DNA of 56,288 nt from Leptospiraceae bacterium (GTDB taxonomy: Bacteria > Spirochaetota > Leptospiria > Leptospirales > Leptospiraceae). A model generated the notes under the pieces. It was not told the DNA's origin, made no database searches, and worked only from the letters and a program-made list of their open reading frames with translations. Positions within the stretch are counted from its first letter, which is position 1. The number at the start of each line of letters is the position of its first letter. Positions 39,866 to 50,851 of this stretch are shown here, piece by piece. Location: positions 1 through 56,288 of the forward strand of contig JANRLP010000007.1 of NCBI GenBank assembly GCA_033762425.1. The letters run 5' to 3'. The position numbers and the translations under genes are program-made.

Positions 39866-41305
39866 TCAAAGGATATACCTAGTTAAATCTCTATCTTCCA
39901 CAATATCTTTAAGTTTTGATTGAACAAACTCTGAAGTTACATTAATCTTTTTCTGCTCAGGTTCTAAATCAGGTGCATCAAAACTAATATCTTCCAGAAC
40001 TCGTTCCACGATAGTATTCAACCTTCTTGCACCAATATTCTCATTCTTTTCATTAACTTCAAAAGCAATTCTAGCAATTTCAGTAATTCCATCTTCAAGG
40101 AAGTTTAATTCAACTCCATCTACTGCAAGTAATGCTTGGTATTGTTTGGTAAGGGAAGATTTAGTTGCAGTAAGAATTTTTACAAAATCATCTAGCTTAA
40201 GTTTTTCAAGTTCAACTCGAATTGGAAACCTACCTTGAAGCTCAGGAATAAGATCAGAAGGTTTGGAAATATGAAATGCACCAGCTGCAATAAAAAGCAT
40301 ATGATCTGTCTTAACAGAACCATATCGTGTAGTGATAGTAGCTCCTTCTACAATTGGAAGTAAATCTCTTTGCACACCCTCTCGAGATACATCTACTCCA
40401 CCTCCTTTATCTTTTCCAGCAACCTTATCTATTTCATCAATAAATATGATTCCCATTTCTTCAGCTCTTCTAATCGCTTCCCTGTGAATCTTGTCTTGGT
40501 CGAGTAATTTTTCAACTTCTTGTTCTTTCAAAATCTCTCTAGCTTCAGAGATCGGAAGTTTTCTTTTTTTAGGTTTTTTATTAGTAAGTTCACCTAACAT
40601 GGATTGAATCTGATTATCCATATCCTCAAGGTTTCCTGCTCCAAAAACTTGCATCATTGGAAGACCTGCCTGAGGTTGTGCTTGGTCAATTTCTATTTCC
40701 TTTTCATCTAATTTTCCAGAGTTCAATTTTTTTCTCATCAACTCTTTTGTTGTCTCATAACTTTTTTTTCTTTCTTCCTCTTCTGGGCTTAAAGGCACAT
40801 CAGAAGATGCTCCAAAACCAAAGCTAGAACTAGTATCGGGACGTGATACTTCAGGAATCAATATTTCTAAGATAACATCTTCTGCTTTTTTTTCAGCTTC
40901 CAATTCCACTTTTATTCTAAATTCTTGTTTTACTAAACTAATAGAAACATTCAATAGGTCTCTAACCATTGATTCCACATCTCTACCTACATAACCAACC
41001 TCAGTATATTTAGTTGCTTCCACTTTTATAAAAGGAGCTTGACAAAGTTTCGCTAGTCTTCTAGCTATTTCAGTCTTTCCAACTCCTGTTGGTCCTATCA
41101 TGATAATGTTCTTAGGATAGATTTCGTCTCTAAGTGATTGGTCAAGTTTTCTTCTTCTAGTTCTATTCCTAAGTGCAATAGCAACTGCTCTCTTAGCATT
41201 TTTTTGACCGATTATATGAAGGTCTAATTCATTCACGATCTCTCTAGGAGTGAGTTCAATCTCTTCTTCAATTTGTTTATGTTCTGGTTTTGTTAGTTCA
41301 TTCAT
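39866..41305 (-). CDS. hslU: ATP-dependent protease ATPase subunit HslU (ClpY)
   Basis: [31 protein letters not shown]...[17 protein letters not shown]-terminus and AAA+ motifs. Confidence 0.9.
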   Translation of the reverse strand: MNELTKPEHKQIEEEIELTPREIVNELDLHIIGQKNAKRAVAIALRNRTRRRKLDQSLRDEIYPKNIIMIGPTGVGKTEIARRLAKLCQAPFIKVEATKYTEVGYVGRDVESMVRDLLNVSISLVKQEFRIKVELEAEKKAEDVILEILIPEVSRPDTSSSFGFGASSDVPLSPEEEERKKSYETTKELMRKKLNSGKLDEKEIEIDQAQPQAGLPMMQVFGAGNLEDMDNQIQSMLGELTNKKPKKRKLPISEAREILKEQEVEKLLDQDKIHREAIRRAEEMGIIFIDEIDKVAGKDKGGGVDVSREGVQRDLLPIVEGATITTRYGSVKTDHMLFIAAGAFHISKPSDLIPELQGRFPIRVELEKLKLDDFVKILTATKSSLTKQYQALLAVDGVELNFLEDGITEIARIAFEVNEKNENIGARRLNTIVERVLEDISFDAPDLEPEQKKINVTSEFVQSKLKDIVEDRDLTRYIL

Positions 41306-41841
41306 TCAATTTCTTCTAAAACAAGATTATGGTTAGTATAGATACAAATCTCAGCAGCAATATACATTGACTTTGTTACAATATCTTTTGCACTAAGATC
41401 AGTATTCACAAGAAGTGCTCTGGCTGCTGATAATGCATAGTTTCCACCCGAACCAATTGCAAGAATACCATCGTCGGGCGATATTACATCTCCTGTTCCA
41501 GAAAGTAGAAATGATTCTTCTTTATCAGCAACAATGAGCAATGCTTCAAGTTTTCTAAGCATCCTATCAGTTCGCCATTCTCTAGCAAGCTCCACTACAC
41601 TTCTAGATAAACTTCCACCATATGCATTTACTTTCTTTTCAAAAAGTTCAAACAAAGTAAATGCATCTGCAGTAGCCCCAGCAAAACCAGTAATGATTCT
41701 ATCATTAAATAATTTCCGTACTTTTTTAGCACTATGTTTCATCACAGTACTTCCCATCGAGACCTGTCCGTCTCCACCCATTGCCACCTTTCCATTCTTA
41801 CGAACACAAAGGATTGTTGTGGCATGAAATGTTTCTGTCAT
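41302..41841 (-). CDS. hslV: ATP-dependent protease subunit HslV (ClpQ)
   Basis: Catalytic Thr after Met ([27 protein letters not shown]). Confidence 0.9.
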   Translation of the reverse strand: MTETFHATTILCVRKNGKVAMGGDGQVSMGSTVMKHSAKKVRKLFNDRIITGFAGATADAFTLFELFEKKVNAYGGSLSRSVVELAREWRTDRMLRKLEALLIVADKEESFLLSGTGDVISPDDGILAIGSGGNYALSAARALLVNTDLSAKDIVTKSMYIAAEICIYTNHNLVLEEIE

Positions 41842-41882
41842 ATATAGAATTTTTTGCGAGAGGGTTTTTCTGTAAATCTATT

Positions 41883-41967
<85 letters not shown>

Positions 41968-42133
41968 AGTATAGCAAAAAGCATTGCTTTATGCAAAGAT
42001 AGCTAGTATCTTTTGTTCACGGTTTCAAGTGACTCATTCTGGTCAAAACAAAATTTCATTTACACTTAGATTAAGAGAATTTCTCTTGTAAACAAAACTA
42101 ATTCAAGCAATTAAAATTGCAACACGAGGATTT

Positions 42134-43123
42134 ATGGCATTAGAACATCCTAGCACAGCCCTTTTTAGAGGAGAAAAACCATTCCCTATCATTCCCGCTT
42201 GTGAACACTTCGCTGGTTCAGAAAAATTAATCACAAAAGCATTAGAACTTCAAAACAAGATGGGTGGACTTTTTGATATCACAATGGACTGTGAAGACGG
42301 AGCTCAAACTGGAAAAGAAAGAGAGCACGCTGAAATGATTGTGAAAATTCAAAACTCAGAGTTAAATAAACATAAAATGAGTGGTGTAAGGATTCACGAT
42401 TATACCAATGCACATTGGAAGTTGGATGTAGATATAGTTGTTCCAGGAGCAGGAAATGTAATTGCATATATCACAATTCCTAAACCAACAAAGGCTTCTC
42501 AAGTAGAAGAAATGATTACATATATCCAAGGTGCTTGTGCTAAAGCGGGAATTAAAAGAGAAATTCCAATCCATGTTCTTATAGAAACTCATGGTGCATT
42601 AGCTGAAGTAGAAGAAATTGCAAAACTTCCTTGGCTACAGGTTCTAGACTTTGGTCTAATGGATTTTATTTCTGGTCACCATGGCGCGATCCCTGCATCA
42701 GCTATGAGAAGTCCTGGTCAATTTGATCATGAAATTCTAAGAAGAGCAAAATCAACTGTAGTTGCTCATGCACTTGCACACGGTGTAATACCTGCGCATA
42801 ACGTTACCTTAGATTTAAAAAATCAATACCAAACTTATAAAGATGCATCCCGTGCAAGGAATGATTTTGGTTTTTTAAGAATGTGGTCAATCTATCCAAC
42901 TCAGATCCAAGCAATTTTAGATGCAATGTCTCCTGACTATTCAGAGGTACAAGCTGCTAGTGAAATTCTAGTCAAAGCACAAGATGCTGATTGGGGTCCA
43001 ATCCAACATGATGGAGAACTACACGATAGAGCAACCTATCGCTATTTTTGGGAACTAGTTCAAAAAGCTAAGATCACTGGTCAAAAACTTTCTGACGAAG
43101 TTCTAAAAAGATTCTTTCCATAA
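42134..43123 (+). CDS. HpcH/HpaI aldolase / citrate-lyase beta (CitE)-like family protein
   Basis: IHVLIETHGALAEVEEIA and DFGLMDF blocks resemble the catalytic Glu and metal-binding Asp of HpcH/CitE TIM-barrel lyases. SD AGGA upstream. Confidence 0.55.
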   Translation: MALEHPSTALFRGEKPFPIIPACEHFAGSEKLITKALELQNKMGGLFDITMDCEDGAQTGKEREHAEMIVKIQNSELNKHKMSGVRIHDYTNAHWKLDVDIVVPGAGNVIAYITIPKPTKASQVEEMITYIQGACAKAGIKREIPIHVLIETHGALAEVEEIAKLPWLQVLDFGLMDFISGHHGAIPASAMRSPGQFDHEILRRAKSTVVAHALAHGVIPAHNVTLDLKNQYQTYKDASRARNDFGFLRMWSIYPTQIQAILDAMSPDYSEVQAASEILVKAQDADWGPIQHDGELHDRATYRYFWELVQKAKITGQKLSDEVLKRFFP

Positions 43124-43141
43124 GAAACATTAAATTGTGCT

Positions 43142-43173
43142 AAGAAAGTATTGAATTTATTCAATGCTTTCTT
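43142..43173. terminator. Bidirectional hairpin between convergent genes
   Basis: AAGAAAGTATTGAAT-TT-ATTCAATGCTTTCTT, 15-bp arms with one mismatch. Confidence 0.4.
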
Positions 43174-43191
43174 AACTCAACTATTCATAAA

Positions 43192-45663
43192 CTATGCAAT
43201 CCATTTTTTTACTTTTTCATAGAGTGATTCGAAAACAATAGGTTTACTAATATAATCATTCATCCCTGATTCAAAACACTTATCAATTTCTTCTTTTACA
43301 GTGGCAGCGGTAACTGCAATGATAACTACTTCTTGAGAATTTTCATATGATTTGATTTTAACAGTAGCTTCAAGTCCATTCAAAACAGGCATTTGCATAT
43401 CCATAAAAATTATCTCTGGTTTAAAATCTTTGAATTGAGTCACAGCAACTTCACCATTTTCAGCACGAACAATATTTGCTTCGGGTAAAATTCTTTTCAG
43501 CAATGTTTCGAGTAAAACTAAATTTAAATTCACATCATCAACAATCAAAACTTTAATGTCCTTCATTATAGGAACCCAAGTTTTTTCAGTAAATAATAAC
43601 TCTTTAGTTTCTTTAAGAATGATTTTACTTTTAAGATTAAAATAGAAAGTGCTTCCAACTCCTTTTTCACTTTTCACTTCTAATTTACTACCCATCAAGT
43701 TCAGTAGTTTATTGGAAATTGTTAAGCCTAGCCCTGTACCTCCATACTTACGTGTGGTGGTAGTATCTTCTTGAGAAAAAGCGTCAAATATCTTAGTCTG
43801 ATTCTCTTTTGAAATACCAATTCCAGTGTCTCTAATAGAAAATTGGATTATAGCTTCATCGCCATTTTCTTCTAAATTTTTGACAGAAATTTCTATCTCA
43901 CCAGACTCAGTAAATTTTACTGAATTACTCAATAGATTAATCAATATCTGCTTGATTCTTAAAGAATCAGTAAAAATAAACTTAGGAATTTCTGGATCAA
44001 TTGTTGTAATCAATTTAAGATTATTTTTCTTCAATGAAAATTGAATTATGCTTGCTGCTTCATTGATTAGTTCAGAGGTATCTACAATATCATAATTAAC
44101 TTCTAATCTTCCCGCTTCTATTTTAGAAAAATCTAATATATCATTCAATAAAGAAAGTAGAGAGTTTGCTGATTGATGAATATACTTTGCATAATTAGAT
44201 TGAAGCTCTTCTAACCTTGAGTTTAATAAAAGATTAGAAAATCCAATTACCCCATTCAAAGGAGTTCTTATTTCATGACTCATATTTGCTAAAAATTCTG
44301 ATTTAGCTTTATTAGCATTAACAGCTACTTCTTTCGTTTCTTCTAGTTCTCTAGTTCTCTCTTTAACTTTTATTTCGAGTTGATCTTTTAGTTCTTTGAG
44401 TTCAAAATTTGTAAATTCTAAATTCTCTGTTAGATTCTCAGCAAGTCTAAATGATTCAGCGTTCCTTCTAGTAAGTATAACTGCATAAGAAAACATTACA
44501 AATAAAATTCCAAAGGGAGTAATCATTGATGTTTCAACTATATCATAAGTAAATAAAACGTCATTTAATACTGTAAGAATAAAGATAAATGCTCCAAATA
44601 CATTAGTCTTTGCACCAAGAACCTTATCTTTAACTGCATTGTACATAATATAACTCGCTAGTATAACTATCAATACTACTAATAGTAATTGAATTCCAAA
44701 AGTTTTAACAGGAGTATTAAAATCGAACAGTACCATTCCCGTCCAAAAAGGGAGTGCGATTAATTGAAAAGTAATAAATATCTTTCTATTGATATAGTTT
44801 GGAAAAAAACTATTCACTAGAAGTAATCCTGTGGGAGGGAGAAATCCGAGTGATAGATATTCAAGTCTAGTCACTAATTCTATAGATATATTTGGAAAAA
44901 AAAGAATGAAAATTTTTTCACCAGTCATATTCATTCTAAATGCAAACAATAAACAGATAAGCCCAAGGAAAAAAGTTGTTGATTCGTTTCTTCGAACTAA
45001 AAATAAAGAAAAATGATAGATAGAAAGAATTAACAATGCTCCAATAAGTATATGCTCTTTTAATTTGCTAGACTCATTTAGTTTTCTAATAGAATAAAAC
45101 TTACCTAAATAAACAGGATGCCATAATCCACCAAATAAATGATGGTAATTTTCAATCTGAACAACTAAAGAGTTTTCACCTTCGTTCAAAGCAAATTTAG
45201 TTTCATCAGGAAAGATATTTATTTCAGATTCAGTTTGCCCAACTTGATTTTGAGAAATCAATTCATCATTGAAAAAGACTTTGAATTTAATGACAGAATT
45301 TATCATTTTAAGAGATAAGTTTTCTATTCTTCGATTTGAATATATCCTCAGACGATAGGTAGCAAATCCAAAATGGGGAACATTTTTTCCATCAATTACT
45401 AGTTCAGCCCATTTGCTTGGAACTTTTATATAATTCATTCCTTGAATTGAACCATTTCTAAAATCACTAGGTAAATAATTCTTTTCCCAATAAAACTCCC
45501 AGTCACCTTTAAGTTCTAGTAACTCATCTTTTTCTGGATCCCAATTTTTTAGATCAACCTGACCTTTGGATAAGTTATATTGATTATGAGTTTTTAGATC
45601 AGAACATGAAACAATTAATAAGAATAACTGAAGATAGAATAAAATTTCAATAAACTTCTTCAT
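43192..45663 (-). CDS. 7TMR-DISM hybrid sensor histidine kinase (extracellular sensor domain, 7TM, coiled coil, HisKA, HATPase, C-terminal REC)
   Basis: Signal peptide/lipobox; seven hydrophobic helices; His[17 protein letters not shown]; HATPase [19 protein letters not shown]; [13 protein letters not shown]...[12 protein letters not shown]. Confidence 0.85.
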   Translation of the reverse strand: MKKFIEILFYLQLFLLIVSCSDLKTHNQYNLSKGQVDLKNWDPEKDELLELKGDWEFYWEKNYLPSDFRNGSIQGMNYIKVPSKWAELVIDGKNVPHFGFATYRLRIYSNRRIENLSLKMINSVIKFKVFFNDELISQNQVGQTESEINIFPDETKFALNEGENSLVVQIENYHHLFGGLWHPVYLGKFYSIRKLNESSKLKEHILIGALLILSIYHFSLFLVRRNESTTFFLGLICLLFAFRMNMTGEKIFILFFPNISIELVTRLEYLSLGFLPPTGLLLVNSFFPNYINRKIFITFQLIALPFWTGMVLFDFNTPVKTFGIQLLLVVLIVILASYIMYNAVKDKVLGAKTNVFGAFIFILTVLNDVLFTYDIVETSMITPFGILFVMFSYAVILTRRNAESFRLAENLTENLEFTNFELKELKDQLEIKVKERTRELEETKEVAVNANKAKSEFLANMSHEIRTPLNGVIGFSNLLLNSRLEELQSNYAKYIHQSANSLLSLLNDILDFSKIEAGRLEVNYDIVDTSELINEAASIIQFSLKKNNLKLITTIDPEIPKFIFTDSLRIKQILINLLSNSVKFTESGEIEISVKNLEENGDEAIIQFSIRDTGIGISKENQTKIFDAFSQEDTTTTRKYGGTGLGLTISNKLLNLMGSKLEVKSEKGVGSTFYFNLKSKIILKETKELLFTEKTWVPIMKDIKVLIVDDVNLNLVLLETLLKRILPEANIVRAENGEVAVTQFKDFKPEIIFMDMQMPVLNGLEATVKIKSYENSQEVVIIAVTAATVKEEIDKCFESGMNDYISKPIVFESLYEKVKKWIA

Positions 45664-45687
45664 AAATTTTTCAATTTGATAATTGAT

Positions 45688-46524
45688 TCAAATCATTTCT
45701 AACTTTACATGATAACCAGCATAAGCACGAATATTGGTAACTCCATCTTCCCACAACATGTATTGACCTTTGATTCCTTGAAGAATGGATTCAACTGGTT
45801 TTATTGGATCAATTTTTAAAGCAGTTTTTTTCTTTGGATATTTAAGAATTGGATATTCAATGATTACTTCTGCTTCCTCTAAAGGTTTAGCCTTTTGTAA
45901 TTTTTCAGAATTAATTAGTTTCAATAGTTCAGCTTTTTTTTCAATCAATGAAACTTCTTCTGGGTCAGAGCTAACCATTTTTTGCCAAGAAGTTTTATCA
46001 GAAATAAATTTAGCAAATTCAATTTCAATAATCCCCGCTTCAAGTCTTGAAGGAACTTCAAAAATAACAAGTGCCTTCCTTGCACCCTGATCCACCCAAC
46101 GTTTAGAAACAGGATCTTCTTTAGTGATTCCAACTTTTAGCCCACTTGTATTTGCAAGATATACTCTATGCTTTTTAAAACAATTTGCTTGTCCCCAGTC
46201 AGGTTCTCTGCAAGTTCCTAAATGATAATGACAGGTTTCAGGCTTTAAAATGCACATATCATTCGAAGCAAGATTCATAAAACATTTAAAGCAAGAACCC
46301 TGATTGAAACTTTTTTTTGTTATATCCCCACAATCTAAACAACGAATTTCTCCAGTTGTTGTTAGTCTTAATTTTTTTCCTAGCAAAGGTTTAATTTCAA
46401 GATTGGATTCTATTTCTCCCGAAGCTTTCTTCTTTTGAATTGACTGATAGTTTACTACTTCAAAAAAATATTCCACAGGAGAAGTCCCTTTGTGGCTCAA
46501 CATTCTAAGATATCCTTCTATCAA
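45688..46524 (-). CDS. Cys-rich conserved hypothetical protein (DUF2797-like, putative zinc-binding)
   Basis: Cluster CLDCG...CFKCF...C...CHYHLGTC with roughly nine Cys/His in 70 aa. Overlaps the downstream gene by 4 bp. Confidence 0.45.
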   Translation of the reverse strand: MIEGYLRMLSHKGTSPVEYFFEVVNYQSIQKKKASGEIESNLEIKPLLGKKLRLTTTGEIRCLDCGDITKKSFNQGSCFKCFMNLASNDMCILKPETCHYHLGTCREPDWGQANCFKKHRVYLANTSGLKVGITKEDPVSKRWVDQGARKALVIFEVPSRLEAGIIEIEFAKFISDKTSWQKMVSSDPEEVSLIEKKAELLKLINSEKLQKAKPLEEAEVIIEYPILKYPKKKTALKIDPIKPVESILQGIKGQYMLWEDGVTNIRAYAGYHVKLEMI

Positions 46525-47075
46525 AGTTTCACTCTTGAAATTGAATTAGGTTCTTTGCTATCACCCAGTGATAGTATATAGATTTTTTTTAGTGTTGGCT
46601 CACCTTTTTCTTTCTTCCAAAGAAAAACAGTAAGTTTATTCTCAAAAAGATAATGAGATATATAATTATCCTTTTTATAAAAAAGTTTCATAGCAGATTT
46701 TGCATCATCATCTTCTCCTGAAACTAGAATTACTAGTCCACCCATAACTCCTCTAGTGACACTATTTCTTAAAGATATTTTTCCTCCATCCATAGTATCC
46801 AAAGATACTGGCCCATCTTTTCCCGAATCTTCAGTGAGAAAACTACACGGAAAATTAGCGGGTAATTCGGGAAACTCAGCACTACAATTATAGTAAGGAA
46901 TGTTGGATGCAGCTCCAAAATTTAATTCTTCTTCCAAAGACTTTTGAATCTTTTTCCAATTAATTTCTTTTAGAATTCTTCTTGTGGCTTTGACAGACTG
47001 TTTTTCAAGTACAGCAGGTTTTGCTTCAAGGGAAACAAATAATAATGTGAGTGAAAGGATTAGTATTTTTATCAT
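46521..47075 (-). CDS. Secreted hypothetical protein
   Basis: N-terminal signal peptide (MIKILILSLTLLFVSLEA). No motif recognised. Confidence 0.4.
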   Translation of the reverse strand: MIKILILSLTLLFVSLEAKPAVLEKQSVKATRRILKEINWKKIQKSLEEELNFGAASNIPYYNCSAEFPELPANFPCSFLTEDSGKDGPVSLDTMDGGKISLRNSVTRGVMGGLVILVSGEDDDAKSAMKLFYKKDNYISHYLFENKLTVFLWKKEKGEPTLKKIYILSLGDSKEPNSISRVKL

Positions 47076-48310
47076 GGTTTATAAATAAGATATTTTTCAA
47101 TCTTCTCCTTGTTTTTTTGTTCAGTTGCAGCGAGAGTTCTAGCAAACTCTTTATAACTGACACCTGAATCTATCGACTTTCTAAAACTATCATTACCCCA
47201 AAGAATATCAATAGTAAATTGTTTTCCCGAGTTCCATTGAAAGTTTTTCTTAGATTTATTTTTGATGCTTAGAATTAGATTATAAACCATTTCAATTGGA
47301 TCATAAGCTGAGTTTACCACTGTAAGCCTAAGTCCTTTGCAAATTTGATCCTTATACTTACTAAAACTAGGTTTGAAATAGACAGTTTGGAAATAATAAT
47401 CGTTGGTTCTTTCATTCAACTCAGATTTTATTTCCTCAGCAAAATTCATCCATGGTGCCCCAAAGTAGATGAACGGTGCTTGGGTTCCTCTTCCTACGGA
47501 TACATTAATACCTTCTAATAGTACTAAGCCAAGATAATTTCTTGCTGAATCTAGAGTTGGTAAGTTTGGAGATGGGGTATTCCAAGGAATACCAGTTCTT
47601 TCGAATTTTGTTCCTCGATTATAGTTTTCTACTGGTATAACAGTGACTTTCTTGGAAGCTCGTAAAAATTCTGCATTATAATAATTAGCAGACTCACCTA
47701 GGGAAAGCCCAGTGAGAAAAAGTAGAGGAAATTCACCAGCAAAATTTTCTAAACCCTTCTGCATAAAATTGCCTCTAGGAGAATATTCCATGCCAATATT
47801 CACTGAATCTAATATAATAAGTTCCTGAGAATTTGTTTGCTCATCTAAAATTCGTTTAAGTACAGTCAGGTAAGTATAACATCTCATTCCCATATCTTGC
47901 ACACTAAATAAAATTACATCTATGTCTTCTAAAACATGTGAGAGTTCGTTAGATTTTAGTTTATAGATATGATAGATTGGTATCTTGAAAGTGGGGTCTA
48001 GTGTGACAGGCGAATTGCTGAAGTCTTCTTCTAAACCCAAAAACCCATGTTCTAGTCCAAGCAAACTTTTAATCTCAATATCATTATCTTTAAAGCTTTG
48101 GATTAACCTCTCAGGATTATTTCCAATACCCGATGGATTTGTAACTAGTAAAACTCTTTTGCCTTTGAGTTTGGTAATATATGATTTATAAAATGTATCT
48201 ATTGATTCTATAATCTTAGTTTCTCTAGGGTGGGCTTTTAGAATTGCTTCTGAATCAATGTTTGATCTACAACCAAAAAAAAGGATAAGGAGTGAAAGAA
48301 ATTTTTTCAA
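47072..48310 (-). CDS. DUF1343 / NamZ-like exo-beta-N-acetylmuramidase family lipoprotein
   Basis: Lipobox LFFGC. Block ILFSVQDMGMRCYTYLTVL matches the DUF1343 signature (D.QDVG.R.YTY). Confidence 0.7.
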   Translation of the reverse strand: MKKFLSLLILFFGCRSNIDSEAILKAHPRETKIIESIDTFYKSYITKLKGKRVLLVTNPSGIGNNPERLIQSFKDNDIEIKSLLGLEHGFLGLEEDFSNSPVTLDPTFKIPIYHIYKLKSNELSHVLEDIDVILFSVQDMGMRCYTYLTVLKRILDEQTNSQELIILDSVNIGMEYSPRGNFMQKGLENFAGEFPLLFLTGLSLGESANYYNAEFLRASKKVTVIPVENYNRGTKFERTGIPWNTPSPNLPTLDSARNYLGLVLLEGINVSVGRGTQAPFIYFGAPWMNFAEEIKSELNERTNDYYFQTVYFKPSFSKYKDQICKGLRLTVVNSAYDPIEMVYNLILSIKNKSKKNFQWNSGKQFTIDILWGNDSFRKSIDSGVSYKEFARTLAATEQKNKEKIEKYLIYKP

Positions 48311-48319
48311 TGTATTGTC

Positions 48320-49768
48320 CTAAAACTGAAAATAAATAAATGGAACGTTGTTATCATTTGTTAGATATGAGATTACTAGAACTAACGGAATATAAAGTGA
48401 AAATTCTAATGCTATCGGTACGCGAAAAGTTTTATTTTTCTCAAAAATTTGATAACCAATCCATTGCCCTAGATAAAGTATTATTAGTGAAGTTAAACCA
48501 ACTTTTAAAGTCCAAGGTATAAACTCTTTATCTGTAAAGCTAAACATATTATAAAAAATTGAGTAAGCATGAGATAAAGATTTTGAACGAAAGATTACAG
48601 TGGTCAATGTAACTAGCATATTAGTTAAGAAAATGGAAGCTAGAGTAATAAAAATATTTGAACTAGTTTCCTCTTTATTTGGAAAATATTTTTTAATTAA
48701 ATCTTTATAAAGAGTTTCGATGATTAAAATGCAACCAAGACAAATTCCCCAAACAACATAAGTCCAATTGGCACCATGCCAAATTCCCGCAAGTAACATT
48801 GTAAAAAAAAGATTAAACTTATGCCTAATATAACCAGTTTTACTTCCTCCAAGAGAAAAATAAACATAGTCTCTAAGCCAACCAGATAAAGTCATATGCC
48901 AATAACGCCAAAAATCAGAAAAGGATTGCCTTATTAAACTCATACGAAAATTTTCAGGAAGTTCATAACCTAAGAGTAATGCTGATCCATAAGCCATGTC
49001 GGAATATCCACTGAAATCACAATAAATTTGTGCTAGAAAAAGTACTGCTGCAAAAAAAATTGATGCACTTCCGAAATTCGCCGGATTATCATAAACAAGA
49101 TCAACGATAGGCGAAATATTATCAGAAAGAATTACTTTTTTAAAATAACCTAAAAAGAAAAAACGTATAGCAAGCTTAAATGGAATTTCTTCTAGTTGAA
49201 CATCTTTGTATAATTGATGGATGAAAGTTTTAGCAGTTACAATTGGACCTGCAACTAATTGAGGAAAAAAAGAAACAAAAAGTGCGAACCTTACAAAACT
49301 TTTTTCACAATCAATTTGTCTTCTATATACATCAATCGTATAACTCATAGATTGGAATGTAAAAAAAGAAATCCCAACTGGAAGGATAATATTGAGTTTT
49401 GGTAAAATTTCTTTTCCTGAAAAAAAATACTGAACCGTTTCTGCAAAAAAATTATAATACTTAAAAAACCCAAGGATTGCCACTAGGTTTAAGAATAAAC
49501 TCAACCTCAAAAGCCAAAGACGCTTTTTTTCATTTTCAGTAGAAGAAATTTTGATTGCTAAATAATAATCAATAATCGTGGAAAGAAAAATGAGACCACC
49601 AAAGCGGTAGTCCCAACTCATATAAAACAAATAACTCGCTATGAGTAAAAAAAAATGAAGTATGTCTCTAGACTTCTGACCTTCTGCAAAAAAGAAAGGG
49701 TGAATATACCATCTGTAAAAAAAGACAAAACCAAAAAATAGAAAGTATTCTAAAGAATTAAAAAGCAA
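48320..49768 (-). CDS. MBOAT-family membrane O-acyltransferase (second copy; AlgI/PatA/DltB-like)
   Basis: Polytopic membrane protein with the conserved His region (FWRYWHMTLSGWLRDYVYFSLGGSK). Confidence 0.85.
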   Translation of the reverse strand: MLFNSLEYFLFFGFVFFYRWYIHPFFFAEGQKSRDILHFFLLIASYLFYMSWDYRFGGLIFLSTIIDYYLAIKISSTENEKKRLWLLRLSLFLNLVAILGFFKYYNFFAETVQYFFSGKEILPKLNIILPVGISFFTFQSMSYTIDVYRRQIDCEKSFVRFALFVSFFPQLVAGPIVTAKTFIHQLYKDVQLEEIPFKLAIRFFFLGYFKKVILSDNISPIVDLVYDNPANFGSASIFFAAVLFLAQIYCDFSGYSDMAYGSALLLGYELPENFRMSLIRQSFSDFWRYWHMTLSGWLRDYVYFSLGGSKTGYIRHKFNLFFTMLLAGIWHGANWTYVVWGICLGCILIIETLYKDLIKKYFPNKEETSSNIFITLASIFLTNMLVTLTTVIFRSKSLSHAYSIFYNMFSFTDKEFIPWTLKVGLTSLIILYLGQWIGYQIFEKNKTFRVPIALEFSLYIPLVLVISYLTNDNNVPFIYFQF

Positions 49769-49774
49769 GGAATT

Positions 49775-50077
49775 CTATTCTTGTTTTTGCCAGAAAATAC
49801 TTCCTTCCAACTGGAATGGTTTATCTCTATATTCTACGGAACGATAGTTACCATCTTTAGTTTCATAAGTTAAATCTTTGGTTGTATTACCATCTGCTTC
49901 TTTGTGTAGAGAAACACTAATCATAGTTTTGAAGTCTTTGGGTAGATCCAATTTTTGGTCACCAAAACCCAATCTAGAAAGAGTCCTTCCACAATTAAAT
50001 TGACCAAGAGTGAGGATCAAACATAAACAGGATAAAAAACCAAGTAAAAAATCTTTATTCATAAGTTTCATATACAC
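49775..50077 (-). CDS. Small secreted/lipoprotein, hypothetical (100 aa)
   Basis: Signal peptide plus Cys (LGFLSCLCLILTLGQFNCG). Lies immediately upstream of the MBOAT gene on the same strand. Confidence 0.4.
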   Translation of the reverse strand: MYMKLMNKDFLLGFLSCLCLILTLGQFNCGRTLSRLGFGDQKLDLPKDFKTMISVSLHKEADGNTTKDLTYETKDGNYRSVEYRDKPFQLEGSIFWQKQE

Positions 50078-50135
50078 ATGATTTTTATTCTAAAAGAAGA
50101 TTGTCAATAAGAATTGGCTTGAATTAAATTCATCT

Positions 50136-50765
50136 TTGAATAGATTGTTCCAATCTTTTGGAGGAAAAATGAAACTATCAAAAAAAATTCTACTAGGATA
50201 TCTTCTAGTTGCTTCGCTAATTCTAGGAACTGCAAATTGCTTTGGAAAATTTGCACTTGTGAGAAAAATTTATGGGTTCAATGAAGAAATTAATTGGGGT
50301 GGTGGTCTCATAGGTAAGGTTTGTAGAACATTAGTTTTCTATGTTTTGGCAATTTTTGTTTATTCTATAGCTGGCTTCATCGATTTCATTTTCTTCAATT
50401 TATTGGAATTCTGGACAGAGAAAAACCTAATTGGTTTGAATGAATTCGATAAAAATGGCAACTTTACTAAGATTCAAGAAAAGAATGGGGAAAAAGTAAT
50501 TCTTGCTTATTCTGAATTTGGAGCAAAACTGAAATTAACTGTTGTTGCAGGTAAAAATGAAGAATCTTTTATTTTCCTTAGAAATGAACCAGGAAAAATT
50601 TTCAAAGAAGTGGAAGGAAGTCTTGTTGCAGTTTCTATGAATGAAAGAACAATTGGCGAAAGTACAATTGTGAAGTTTTCTGAAAATGGAGAGTTGAAAA
50701 CTTCTAGAATCCTTGATTCAAAAAAACTTAGAGAAATGAATTCTAAGTTAGCTGAACTTTACTAA
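50136..50765 (+). CDS. Hypothetical membrane/lipoprotein (possibly DUF3332-like)
   Basis: Probable start at the internal MKLSKK; signal/TM helix followed by a second TM; followed by a strong terminator. Confidence 0.4.
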   Translation: MNRLFQSFGGKMKLSKKILLGYLLVASLILGTANCFGKFALVRKIYGFNEEINWGGGLIGKVCRTLVFYVLAIFVYSIAGFIDFIFFNLLEFWTEKNLIGLNEFDKNGNFTKIQEKNGEKVILAYSEFGAKLKLTVVAGKNEESFIFLRNEPGKIFKEVEGSLVAVSMNERTIGESTIVKFSENGELKTSRILDSKKLREMNSKLAELY

Positions 50766-50775
50766 AAAACTATGG

Positions 50776-50826
50776 TCCAACTTGTGAAATTTAGAGTGTA
50801 ATACTCTATACAAGTTGGATTTTTTC
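50776..50826 (+). terminator. Rho-independent terminator (nested hairpin + T-run)
   Basis: TCCAACTTGT ... ACAAGTTGGA perfect 10-bp inverted repeat enclosing TAGAGT-gtaat-ACTCTA, followed by TTTTTT. Confidence 0.5.
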
Positions 50827-50851
50827 TCGATACTATAACTAGGAACAAAAA

